A DNA stretch of 64,000 nt, from NCBI GenBank assembly GCA_035943095.1, contig DASZCN010000037.1, forward strand, positions 842 to 64,841. The letters run 5' to 3'. A program made the translations under genes and the position numbers. The number at the start of each line of letters is the position of its first letter. Positions within the stretch are counted from its first letter, which is position 1. The notes below the pieces were generated by a model, which was not told the origin of the DNA, ran no database searches, and saw only the letters and a program-made list of their open reading frames with translations. Positions 9,547-18,232 of this stretch are shown here, piece after piece. This DNA comes from Gemmatimonadales bacterium. GTDB lineage: Bacteria > Gemmatimonadota > Gemmatimonadetes > Gemmatimonadales > GWC2-71-9.

Positions 9547-10998
9547 GTGCGATCACCGACACCCGGTCTCTTGTTGGCGGGCTCATTGGTCGCGGCGTGT
9601 GCGCCGGGAGGAGCGGCGGCACGTCGCGCGCGAACGGTCGTGTATGCGTCGGGCGCCGACCTCCAGAGCGTCAACCCGCTGCTCACGGTGCATCCGTTCG
9701 CCAAGCAGATCGAGCGATACGTTCTGCTCACGACGCTGGTGCGGTACGACTCGGTGCTCGGCGTGCAACCGTATCTGGCGCGCACGTGGACCTGGTCCGA
9801 GGATCGAAAGACGCTGGTGTTCCGACTGCAGTCGGGCGTGCGTTGGGACGATGGTGTGGCCACGACCGCGCGGGATGTAGCGTGGACGGTCTCCGCCGCC
9901 CGTGATGCCGCCACCGGCTATGCCCGCCTGAATGATTTTGCCGACGTGGCCTTCGTGAACGATCCCAACGACACGACCGTCGTGGTGCGCTTCGCGCATG
10001 AACAGCCGGGTGTGCCCGACGTGTTCACCGATCTCGCGATCCTGCCGGCACATCTCCTCGACTCGATCCCCCGCGCCGAGCTGCGCCGCGCGGCGTGGAA
10101 CGAGCACCCGGTAGGCAACGGGCCGTTTCGCTTCGTCGCGCACGAGCCAAACCGGCGCTGGGTGTTCGCCGCGAATCCGGATTTCCCAGCCGCGCTGGGC
10201 GGCCCGCCCGCGCTGGAACGGTTCGTGGTGGTCGTCGTGGACGAACCGACCACGAAGCTCGCGGCCCTCACGGCGGGTGAGGTGGACTTCGCCGGCATTC
10301 AGCCGGCGCATGCCGCGTTCGTCCGCAAGAACCCGGCGCTCGCCGTGCTCGACTACCCGGTGATGTTGCCGTACGGGATCGCGTTCAATACCCGTGTGCC
10401 TCCCTTCGACGACGCTCGCGTCCGCCTCGCCGTCGCGCTCGCGCTCGATCGCCGTGAGATCGTGGACGGTTATCTCTACGGCTTCGGAGCGGCGGCGGAC
10501 GGCCCGGTGCCCCCCGGGGTTCCGGGGTATGTGCCGGTGCCCCCGGTCCCCGTGAATCCCGACTCGGCGCGGCGGCTGCTGGGCGGCCGCCGGATCGCCT
10601 TCGAGCTCCTCACCGTCGGGAGTGGGGAAGCGGCGCTCGAGCAGATGATCCAGGCGCGACTGGCCGCCGTGGGGTTCGACGTGACGATCCGCCAACTCGA
10701 GCTCACGGCGTTCCTCGCGCGGGTCAATGCGGGCCGGCACGACTTCACGGCGGCGGTCCTCGGGACGCCGGGTGATCTGGGCCTCGGCTACCTCGCGAGC
10801 CTCGCCGACTTGACCGGGTCGCGGATGCCGACCGACCCGGCGCGCGTGCAGCGCTGGTTCCGGGACTCGCTCCCGGTGGCCTTTCTCTACCACGCGCGGG
10901 GCGTGCAGGGGATGAACCGGCGGGTCCGCGGTGTGCGCATGGATCTCCGGGGCGAGCTGCCGACCATCACACGCTGGCAGACGGCCGCGCCGCAGTGA
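9547..10998 (+). CDS. ABC transporter substrate-binding lipoprotein, family 5 (DppA/OppA-like; peptide or oligosaccharide)
   Basis: 483 aa with lipoprotein-like N-terminus MRSPTPGLLLAGSLVAACAPG. Family-5 binding-protein character along its length (WTWSEDRKTLVFRLQSGVRWDDG, FVAHEPNRRWVFAANPDF). Divergent from the two permease genes across a 45-bp spacer. Confidence 0.8.
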   Translation: MRSPTPGLLLAGSLVAACAPGGAAARRARTVVYASGADLQSVNPLLTVHPFAKQIERYVLLTTLVRYDSVLGVQPYLARTWTWSEDRKTLVFRLQSGVRWDDGVATTARDVAWTVSAARDAATGYARLNDFADVAFVNDPNDTTVVVRFAHEQPGVPDVFTDLAILPAHLLDSIPRAELRRAAWNEHPVGNGPFRFVAHEPNRRWVFAANPDFPAALGGPPALERFVVVVVDEPTTKLAALTAGEVDFAGIQPAHAAFVRKNPALAVLDYPVMLPYGIAFNTRVPPFDDARVRLAVALALDRREIVDGYLYGFGAAADGPVPPGVPGYVPVPPVPVNPDSARRLLGGRRIAFELLTVGSGEAALEQMIQARLAAVGFDVTIRQLELTAFLARVNAGRHDFTAAVLGTPGDLGLGYLASLADLTGSRMPTDPARVQRWFRDSLPVAFLYHARGVQGMNRRVRGVRMDLRGELPTITRWQTAAPQ

Positions 10999-12014
10999 GA
11001 CGGCGCGACCTCCCGACCGAATTTCACGCCGAGGCGCCGGTGCGGCTCGACTTCGCGGGCGGCTGGACCGATGTCCCACCGTTCTCCGCGCGTGAGGGTG
11101 GGGTGGTGGTGAACGCCGCGCTCGCGCTACCGGCGCGTGTCGACGTCAAACTCGGAGGCGCGGAGCCGCGGATTCGACTCGTCGCCCTGGACCTGGGCCA
11201 GGAGCTCGAATGCGCAAACGCCGGCGGATTGGTGCTGGACGGCCGGCTCGATCTCCTCAAGGCGGCCCTGCGCATGTTCCCCGTACAGGCCTCCTGCACG
11301 CTCACTACGCGCTCGGCCGCGCCGCCCGGGTCCGGGCTCGGAAGCTCCGGAGCGCTGGACGTGGCGCTGGTGGCCGCGCTCACGCACGCTCGCGGCGAGC
11401 ACCTCGCGGAGCGTGAGATTGCCGAGCAGGCATGGTATCTGGAGACGGTGGAGGCCAAGATCCCCGGTGGCAAGCAGGATCAATTCGCGGCCGCGCTCGG
11501 CGGGGTTCAGCGGCTCTCGTTTCGCGACCCGGACGTCGGCGTCGAACCGATCACGCTCGATCCCGCGTTCGCCGCCGCTCTCGAGCGGCAGACCCTGTTG
11601 TGCTACACCGGCACGTCCCGCGTTTCGGGGGCGACCATCGCGCGCGTGATGGGCGCGTACGAGCGGGGAGACCTACGAGTCACCGGAGCGCTGCGCGCGC
11701 TCAAGGACGTGGCCGCCGCCATGGCGGAAGCGCTGCGGGGGGCCGACCTCGCCCGCGTGGCGGCGCTCCTGTCCGACAACTGGCAGCACCAGCAAGCGCT
11801 CGATCCCGAAATGTGCACGCCGGAGATGGCCCGCCTCGAGCGCGGCGTTCGCGCCGCCGGAGCGATGGGTGGCAAGGCGGCCGGCGCAGGTGCGGGTGGC
11901 TCGATGTTCTTCGTCATCATGAACGACACGGCGACCGCATCGGACGCGGCCCGCGCGGCGGGAGCGACGGTGCTCCCGGTGCGATGGGCGACCGAGGGGG
12001 TGCGCGCGTGGTGA
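10995..12014 (+). CDS. GHMP-family sugar/sugar-phosphate kinase
   Basis: 339 aa; GTG start overlaps the binding-protein stop (GTGA). Motifs VRLDFAGGWTDVPPF and the GHMP ATP loop PPGSGLGSSGALDVALVAAL, plus C-terminal GGKAAGAGAGGSMFF. Confidence 0.8.
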   Translation: MRRRDLPTEFHAEAPVRLDFAGGWTDVPPFSAREGGVVVNAALALPARVDVKLGGAEPRIRLVALDLGQELECANAGGLVLDGRLDLLKAALRMFPVQASCTLTTRSAAPPGSGLGSSGALDVALVAALTHARGEHLAEREIAEQAWYLETVEAKIPGGKQDQFAAALGGVQRLSFRDPDVGVEPITLDPAFAAALERQTLLCYTGTSRVSGATIARVMGAYERGDLRVTGALRALKDVAAAMAEALRGADLARVAALLSDNWQHQQALDPEMCTPEMARLERGVRAAGAMGGKAAGAGAGGSMFFVIMNDTATASDAARAAGATVLPVRWATEGVRAW

Positions 12015-14794
12015 CCGCGGAAGAGCTCGAGGCGCGACGGGAGGTCATCGCGGGCTCACCCGATCTCTCGGCCCTCCACGCGCACCTGCGCGAGCGGGCC
12101 GCGCCACTGCTCGCGCGGCTGCCGGCCATCCCGGACGCGAAAGCGCTTTTCTCGACTGACGGGGGCGTGTGTCCCGACGACGGGACGGTCCTCACCTTCG
12201 ACCCGTGGCGTCCGCGGGAGCACCGCTGCCCGCGCTGCGGCAAGGTCGTGACGGGCGAGCGGCATGATCGTCACTGGGCGCGCCTCCAACACCTCTGGCT
12301 GGTGGAGCGCGCCGCGCATCTGGCGACGCTCGCGGCCCTCGATGGCGACGCGCGGGCCGCCGGTCGCGTCGCGGAGATCCTGCGCGCCTACGCGGCGCGC
12401 TACTGGCAGTATCCCAACCGGGACAACGTGCTGGGCCCGAGCCGGCTGTTCTTTTCGACTTATCTCGAGTCCATCTGGATCGGCCATTACCTCGCGGCGG
12501 CCTTCTTGCTTCGCGCCGCGGGCATGCTCGACGACGACACGACGCGCGGCGTCACCCAGGTCGCCGACGAGGCGGCGAACCTGATCGGCGATTTCGACGA
12601 AGGCTTCTCGAATCGCCAGACCTGGAACAACGCAGGCTTGGCGGCGATTGCGACGTGGTTCGAGGACGAGGATCTCGCCAAGCGGGCGATCGAAGGTCCG
12701 ACCGGGCTGCTCGAGCACCTGCTCCGCGGCTTTGGAGACGACGGCATGTGGTATGAGGGGGAGAACTATCACTTGTTCGCGCTGCGAGGGTTCCTGACGG
12801 GGGCCGGTTGGGCGCGCCACGCGGGTGTCGATGTGTTCGCCGCACCGCAGCTCGCGACGCGAATCCGGGCGGCGCTGCTCGCGCCCGCGCTGACCGCACT
12901 CCCCGACTTCACCTACCCGGCGCGGAAAGATTCGCGCTTCGGGGTGTCGCTCGCGCAACCGTCGTACGTCGAGCTGTGGGAGGTGGGGCTCGCGCAGCTT
13001 GGGGAGCAGGGAGCGAAGCCAGGGGAGCAGGGAGCGGGGAGCGGTACCGTCCAGCTCGAAAGCTGGCTGGCGGCGCTGTATGGCAAGGCCGTGATGAAAC
13101 CCGAGCTGTTCGAGTCGTATCTGAGCGACGCACCGTTGGAACCGCTCCCCGCTCCCCGCTCCCCTTCTCGACGCACGCTCTCCTGGTGGGCCCTCTGGTT
13201 CATGTCTCCCGAGCTTCCCGCCCAGCCGCCGGCTTGGTCGCCCGGCAGCGTCCTCCTCGAGTCGCACGGCCTCGCGGTGCTGCGAACGGGAGACCGCTAC
13301 GTGAGCCTCGAGTGCGGGCGGTACGGCGGGGGCCACGGCCACCCCGACCGATTGCATCTGACGCTGCACGCGGGCGGCACCCTGTGGCTCGCCGACCCCG
13401 GGACGGGTGCGTACACCACGCGCGATCTGTTCTGGTATCGCTCAACGCTGGCGCACAATGCACCGCGGTTGGACCGTGCATCCCAACCCGAGGGCGATGC
13501 GACGTGCGACTCGTTCGGTACGACGGGCGACTGGTCGTGGGTGCGGGGGCGCTACGGTGAGGTCGCGCGCACCGTGGTCTCTGGCCCCGTCTACGTACTC
13601 GACGTAGTGGAGCTCGCGAGCCGGACGGACCACACGCTCGAGGTGCCCTGGCATTTCACCGGCGCTGGTGACGTAGGTCGGGGGACCTGGGCACCCGGTG
13701 AGTTGGCCGATGAGTTCGTCAGCCGGGTCGAGCGGTTCGCTCCGGACGGCGCCGGACCCATCGCCCTCACGTTCTCCGACGATGGCCACGCGTTGAACGC
13801 CTTCCTTGCCGGAGAGGGTGAGTTGGTGCGTGCGGAGGGGCCGGGCCGACCGGGGGAAAGAGCGGGGCGGCGGATGTTTTACGTCTTGCGCGCCAACGGC
13901 CGCGCCGCACGATTTGTATCGGTGCTCGAGCCCGCGGGGGGGGGGTCGAGTCCATCCGTCCGCGGCGTGCGGGTGAAGGGGAGCGTGATCGAAGTCGAAA
14001 CCGCCCAGGGGGTCCATCGCCACGCGGCGACGGCACTCGGCTGGGAGGTCGAGACCGAGACCGGGCGTGTGCGCCTGGCCGGAGCGCGCGCGCCCCAGCC
14101 GCCGCTTGAGCCCCTGCTCGAGCTGGACACGCCCAAGCCCGCGGTGGGCGCCGCGCTGCGGACCAATGGGCCGCCGCCGCTCGACGGCTCGCTCGACGGC
14201 TTCGACCGGAGCGAGCCCCTTCGACTCGAGCTCGAAGATCAGTACCGCCGCAGTGAGGAGCCGTATCCGGGACCCGACGACTTGAGCGCTGTCGCCTACG
14301 CCGCCTGGGACGACGCGGCGCTGTACCTCGCGGTCGACGTGACGAAGCACGACCTGTGCTTTCGGGCCCGGGGTGCGGCCTCGCTCCATCTCGACAACGA
14401 GCCCGACGACATTCATTCAGATGGTATTCAGGTGTACCTCGCTAACCCGGAGGGCGGAGATGCGGTGGGATATCTCATCGTGCCGGCCGCTCCGGACAAC
14501 GGGTCGATTCGCGTGCTGGGAGCGGATCAATCACCGGGCCTGCCGGACGGGGTGCGGGGGGGATGGCAACGCACGCCACAGGGCTATCGCGTGACCGTCG
14601 CGATCGCGTGGCCGGAATGGCATCGCGCGCACGTCGGCGGGCACGTGCGGTTCGACCTCCTGGTGAACGAGATGGAGCCCGGCCGCGAGCGGCGTAGTGG
14701 CCAATTGGTCTGGAGCGGGGGGAACGGGTGGGTCTACCTGCGCGGCGACCGTCAGGAACCGGAGCGGTTCGGGGTATTGGAGCTGGTCGGATGA
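12008..14794 (+). CDS. Heparinase II/III-family (polysaccharide-lyase-like) protein with C-terminal sugar-binding-like domain
   Basis: Track ORF 11432..14794 trimmed to GTG 12008 (or 12011), which overlaps the kinase stop. Heparinase II/III signature GGGHGHPDRLHLTLHAGGTLWLADPGTGAYT...YRSTLAHNAPRLD. The C-terminal ~200 aa (AAWDDAALYLAVDVTKHD, HSDGIQVY) resemble a CBM9/DOMON-like fold. Start uncertain by a few codons. Confidence 0.7.
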   Translation: MVTAEELEARREVIAGSPDLSALHAHLRERAAPLLARLPAIPDAKALFSTDGGVCPDDGTVLTFDPWRPREHRCPRCGKVVTGERHDRHWARLQHLWLVERAAHLATLAALDGDARAAGRVAEILRAYAARYWQYPNRDNVLGPSRLFFSTYLESIWIGHYLAAAFLLRAAGMLDDDTTRGVTQVADEAANLIGDFDEGFSNRQTWNNAGLAAIATWFEDEDLAKRAIEGPTGLLEHLLRGFGDDGMWYEGENYHLFALRGFLTGAGWARHAGVDVFAAPQLATRIRAALLAPALTALPDFTYPARKDSRFGVSLAQPSYVELWEVGLAQLGEQGAKPGEQGAGSGTVQLESWLAALYGKAVMKPELFESYLSDAPLEPLPAPRSPSRRTLSWWALWFMSPELPAQPPAWSPGSVLLESHGLAVLRTGDRYVSLECGRYGGGHGHPDRLHLTLHAGGTLWLADPGTGAYTTRDLFWYRSTLAHNAPRLDRASQPEGDATCDSFGTTGDWSWVRGRYGEVARTVVSGPVYVLDVVELASRTDHTLEVPWHFTGAGDVGRGTWAPGELADEFVSRVERFAPDGAGPIALTFSDDGHALNAFLAGEGELVRAEGPGRPGERAGRRMFYVLRANGRAARFVSVLEPAGGGSSPSVRGVRVKGSVIEVETAQGVHRHAATALGWEVETETGRVRLAGARAPQPPLEPLLELDTPKPAVGAALRTNGPPPLDGSLDGFDRSEPLRLELEDQYRRSEEPYPGPDDLSAVAYAAWDDAALYLAVDVTKHDLCFRARGAASLHLDNEPDDIHSDGIQVYLANPEGGDAVGYLIVPAAPDNGSIRVLGADQSPGLPDGVRGGWQRTPQGYRVTVAIAWPEWHRAHVGGHVRFDLLVNEMEPGRERRSGQLVWSGGNGWVYLRGDRQEPERFGVLELVG

Positions 14795-15537
14795 TCGTTG
14801 TCGTGCTGCACGAGCCTCAGGACTTGGTCAACATCGCCCACGTGGTCAGAGCGATGAAGAACTTCGGGTTGACGGACCTCCGGCTTGCGCACCCCCGGGA
14901 ATACGATGCGTACCGCGTCGAAGGCATTGCGCACCAGAGCCAGGACGTACTGGCGCGGGTACAACGCTTCGATCGGCTCGAGGATGCATTAGCGGATTGT
15001 GTCCACGTGGTCGGGTTCACGGCGCGTGGCCGCACCGCTAAGCGCAACCAGCAGCGCCCGCGGGAAGCGGCGGCGGAGATTCTCGCCCACGCCGAGGCTG
15101 GTCCCGTCGCGCTCTTGTTCGGACGCGAGGACAAAGGCCTCTCGAACAACGCGCTGGATCGGTGCCATCGCGTCGTTACCATCCCCACGAGCCCGGCATA
15201 CCCGTCGCTCAACCTCGGGCATGCCGTGGTGCTGATGATGTACGAGCTGGCGCTGTCTCGCGGGGACGAGGATCGGCCGTTCAAGGCGCCGCGTCGAGCG
15301 AGCCAGCCGGCGACGGTCGAGGACCTGGAACGGTTGTTCACCGATGCCGAAGCCGCGCTCGCCGTGATCGATTTCTTCAAGACGCGCGAGGCCGAGGGCG
15401 TGATGCGGACGTTGCGCGAAGTGCTGCACCGCGCACCGCTCGACGAGCGAGAAGCGAAACTGTTGCGGGCGATAGCGATCGAGGTGGTGAAATACGGTGA
15501 GCGACTGGCGCGTTCCGGGCTTCACGTCGACCGGTAG
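14791..15537 (+). CDS. SpoU/TrmH-family RNA 2'-O-methyltransferase (TrmJ-like)
   Basis: ATG at 14791 overlaps the upstream stop (ATGA). MIVVVLHEPQDLVNIAHVVRAMKNFGL and LLFGREDKGLSNNALDRCHRVVTIPTSPAYPSLNLGHAVVLMMYEL match the SpoU methylase knot region. Confidence 0.8.
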   Translation: MIVVVLHEPQDLVNIAHVVRAMKNFGLTDLRLAHPREYDAYRVEGIAHQSQDVLARVQRFDRLEDALADCVHVVGFTARGRTAKRNQQRPREAAAEILAHAEAGPVALLFGREDKGLSNNALDRCHRVVTIPTSPAYPSLNLGHAVVLMMYELALSRGDEDRPFKAPRRASQPATVEDLERLFTDAEAALAVIDFFKTREAEGVMRTLREVLHRAPLDEREAKLLRAIAIEVVKYGERLARSGLHVDR

Positions 15538-16669
15538 TAAGCGGCCCGACGCCCTGTTCGGCGCGGCGGCGCTGGAACAGGTGGAGGGCCTCCCGCTGCG
15601 GCTGGCGCGCGCGTCGGGATGTCGCGTGTGGGACGCGGAAGGCCGCGAGTACACGGATTACGTCATGGCGCTCGGTGCCGTTGCCCTCGGCTACGGTCAC
15701 CCCGACGTAAACCGCGCGGCCGAACAGGCGATGGCCGCCGGCGTGGTCGGGCCGCTGCCACCGGTGATTGAAGAAGAGCTCGCCGAGGAGCTCGCGATGC
15801 GCATCCCCTGGCTCGAGCAGATGCGCTTCCTGAAGACGGGCGCCGAGGCGGTCGCGGCGGCGGTGCGACTGGCGCGGGTCGCCACGGGGCGGGAGCGCGT
15901 GCTCGGGTGCGGCTACCACGGATGGCTCGACTGGTGCCAGGCGGGTGAGGGCGTGCCCGCCGGGACCCGGGCCCTCTATGCCGAGATTCCGTTCAACGAC
16001 GTGGAGGGCAGCCGCCGCTTGATTCGCGACGCCGGCGACCGCTTGGCGGCGGTGGTCGTCGAGCCGGTGGTCGTGATCGAGCCGACACACGAATGGCTCG
16101 AAACTTTGCGGGTGGAGACTACGCGCGCGGGGGCGGTACTCGTGTTCGACGAGATCAAGACGGCGTTTCGGTTGGCGATCGGCGGCGCAGCCGAGCGCTA
16201 CGGCGTGCGGCCCGACCTCGCGGTGCTGGGCAAGGCCATAGCGAACGGTTTCCCGCTCGCGGTCGTGGGGGGGCGCGCGGACCTGATGTCGGCCATCGCG
16301 CGTACGTGGATCTCTTCGACGCTCGCTACCGAAAGCGTGGCGCTCGCCGCGGCGCGCGCGACGCTGGACGTGTTCGCCCACCAGGACGTGTGCGGTCACC
16401 TGCATCGCATGGGCACCCGCTTGCTCCATGGGCTGCATCGCTTGCACCGCAAACATGCCGACCTGGTAACCGGGGTAGGCGGGGTGGCGGAGATGTGCTT
16501 CCTGCACTTCGCGAGCGACCAGATCTCGGCGGACGTAGCCCGCGGGTGCGCGGGGCGGGGACTCTTGTTCAAGCGCACGGCGTACAATTTCGTGTCGATG
16601 GCGCATGATGAGGAGACCGTGGATCGGACATTGGACGTGCTCACCGACGTTCTTGGAGCGATCGCGTGA
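15497..16669 (+). CDS. Class-III PLP aminotransferase (glutamate-1-semialdehyde aminomutase-like)
   Basis: 390 aa. Motifs GFTSTGSKRPDALF, DAEGREYTDYVMALGAVALGYGHP and the PLP-lysine region VLVFDEIKTAFR. The GTG start overlaps the methyltransferase by 41 nt, so a later start is possible. Confidence 0.75.
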   Translation: MSDWRVPGFTSTGSKRPDALFGAAALEQVEGLPLRLARASGCRVWDAEGREYTDYVMALGAVALGYGHPDVNRAAEQAMAAGVVGPLPPVIEEELAEELAMRIPWLEQMRFLKTGAEAVAAAVRLARVATGRERVLGCGYHGWLDWCQAGEGVPAGTRALYAEIPFNDVEGSRRLIRDAGDRLAAVVVEPVVVIEPTHEWLETLRVETTRAGAVLVFDEIKTAFRLAIGGAAERYGVRPDLAVLGKAIANGFPLAVVGGRADLMSAIARTWISSTLATESVALAAARATLDVFAHQDVCGHLHRMGTRLLHGLHRLHRKHADLVTGVGGVAEMCFLHFASDQISADVARGCAGRGLLFKRTAYNFVSMAHDEETVDRTLDVLTDVLGAIA

Positions 16670-16726
16670 GTCATTCACGGCAGGGGGCTTGCGCTCGGTG
16701 AGCGACGCGGGAATCGTGGTGGCATC

Positions 16727-18232
16727 GTGACGCTCCAACGCAAGCTCCTCCTCGGCTTCTCCCTCATGGTCCTCCCGGCCCTCCTGGTGGGCCTGCATGC
16801 AATCCGTACGAATGCGCGGGAGCAGGAAGCGCTCGAGGCCCTGGGGCGGCGCCTTGCCCAGTCCCGCACGTACGCCGAAGTCGAAGACGCGATGTTCAAC
16901 CAGACCCAGGTGGTCTGGCGCTACCTGAGCGGCGATCCCGCGGCGAAGCGAGAGTTCCCCCTCACGGAGCAAGTCGTAGACTACTGGCTCGATCGCTGGA
17001 CCGCCGGGCTTCCCCCCGATGAGGTCACCCTCGCTGATGGCGTCCGGAAGATCGAGCTCGAAATCCGATCCGTGGCCGGCGGCGTGTTCAAACTGTATGA
17101 CTCCGGCCGCCACGAGGCCGCGTATCTCACCGCGCGCCGCGAGCTCGTCGAGCGGCTGCAGCCCGCCCTGGCGACCGTGAATCGGGATATCTATCGCAAG
17201 GCGCGGGAGTTCAGCGTCCAGCGGGCCCTCGTACAGGTCGAGGGCATCGTGGAGAGCGAGCGTCGCGTCCTGTGGTCGATCATTGCGCTCGCGCTGATCG
17301 CCGGCCTGATCGCGTCGTGGCTCATCTCACGCAGCCTGGCGCGCCCCCTCAACGAGCTGCGCCAGGCGATGGCTATCGTAGGCGCCGGGGACCTGGACCA
17401 TGTGATCGAGTCCCGCTCACGAGACGAAATCGGGGAGCTGGCGCGGTCCTTCGCCCGGATGACGGAACGGCTGCGCCAATCCCACACGCAGCTCGTCCAG
17501 TCGGAGAAGCTGGCGTCGATCGGACAGATGGCGGCTGCGGTGGCGCACGGCCTGCGAAACCCGCTGGCCAGCCTGCGCGCGGCGGCTCAGCTGGCGCGGC
17601 ACCGGGTTGACGCGCCCGCCGCTCGTGAGCAGTTGAACGCGATCGTCGAGCAGGTGGATCGGCTCGATCTTCGCATCACCCACCTCCTGGCGTTCTCGCG
17701 CCCCGCGCCGTTCCATCCGTTGCGGGAGAGCGTGCGGGTGCTGGTTGAGGCGGCCGTCAGTGGCGTCTCTCAGCTCCTCCACGAGCGTCGCGTCGAGCTG
17801 ATCGTGAGCCTCGCGCCTTCGCTTCCCGAGGTGCGGGTGGACCCGATGCGACTGGAGCAGACGTTGACCGAAATCGTCTCCAACGCGCTCGACGCGATGC
17901 CCCCTCCCGACGGTGGGCGCCTCACGATCGAGGGGCGGCGCGAGACGAACGATGGCGGCGTGGATGGCGTGACTCTGACGATCACCGATTCGGGCCGCGG
18001 CATCGCGCCCGAGGTCCTGGCGAACGTGTGCGAGCCGTTCTTCACCACGCGCGCCGAGGGCACCGGCCTCGGGCTCGCGATCGCCAAACGCTACGTCGAG
18101 GAGACCGGTGGGCGGCTCAGCATCACCAGCGTGGTCGGCCGCGGCACCACGGTGTCCATCTGGCTGCCCAGTGCGGGCGACGCGACGCCGGCGCAGGCAT
18201 CCTCGGCCGTACCGGCACGACAGCTCGCATGA
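16727..18232 (+). CDS. Sensor histidine kinase (TM - HAMP - HisKA - HATPase)
   Basis: 501 aa. N-terminal TM LLLGFSLMVLPALLVGL and second TM WSIIALALIAGLIASWLI. HAMP RPLNELRQAMAIVGAGDLDHVIESRSRDEIGELARSFARMTERL. H-box SEKLASIGQMAAAVAHGLRNPL. G-boxes DSGRGI and GTGLGLAIAKRYVE. Confidence 0.88.
   Translation: MTLQRKLLLGFSLMVLPALLVGLHAIRTNAREQEALEALGRRLAQSRTYAEVEDAMFNQTQVVWRYLSGDPAAKREFPLTEQVVDYWLDRWTAGLPPDEVTLADGVRKIELEIRSVAGGVFKLYDSGRHEAAYLTARRELVERLQPALATVNRDIYRKAREFSVQRALVQVEGIVESERRVLWSIIALALIAGLIASWLISRSLARPLNELRQAMAIVGAGDLDHVIESRSRDEIGELARSFARMTERLRQSHTQLVQSEKLASIGQMAAAVAHGLRNPLASLRAAAQLARHRVDAPAAREQLNAIVEQVDRLDLRITHLLAFSRPAPFHPLRESVRVLVEAAVSGVSQLLHERRVELIVSLAPSLPEVRVDPMRLEQTLTEIVSNALDAMPPPDGGRLTIEGRRETNDGGVDGVTLTITDSGRGIAPEVLANVCEPFFTTRAEGTGLGLAIAKRYVEETGGRLSITSVVGRGTTVSIWLPSAGDATPAQASSAVPARQLA

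Noticed and set aside
11432-12007. N-terminal 192 codons of the 1120-aa ORF 11432..14794
   Set aside because: This part overlaps the GHMP-kinase gene in another frame and is Arg/Gly-rich junk. Recognisable heparinase-like sequence starts after the GTG at 12008/12011, which overlaps the kinase stop.
15377-17113. 578-aa minus-strand ORF covering the aminotransferase and histidine-kinase genes
   Set aside because: It is extremely Arg/Pro/Gly/Ala-rich with no family motifs. It lies antisense to two genes that carry clear PLP-aminotransferase and HAMP/HisKA motifs. This is the typical high-GC antisense artefact.
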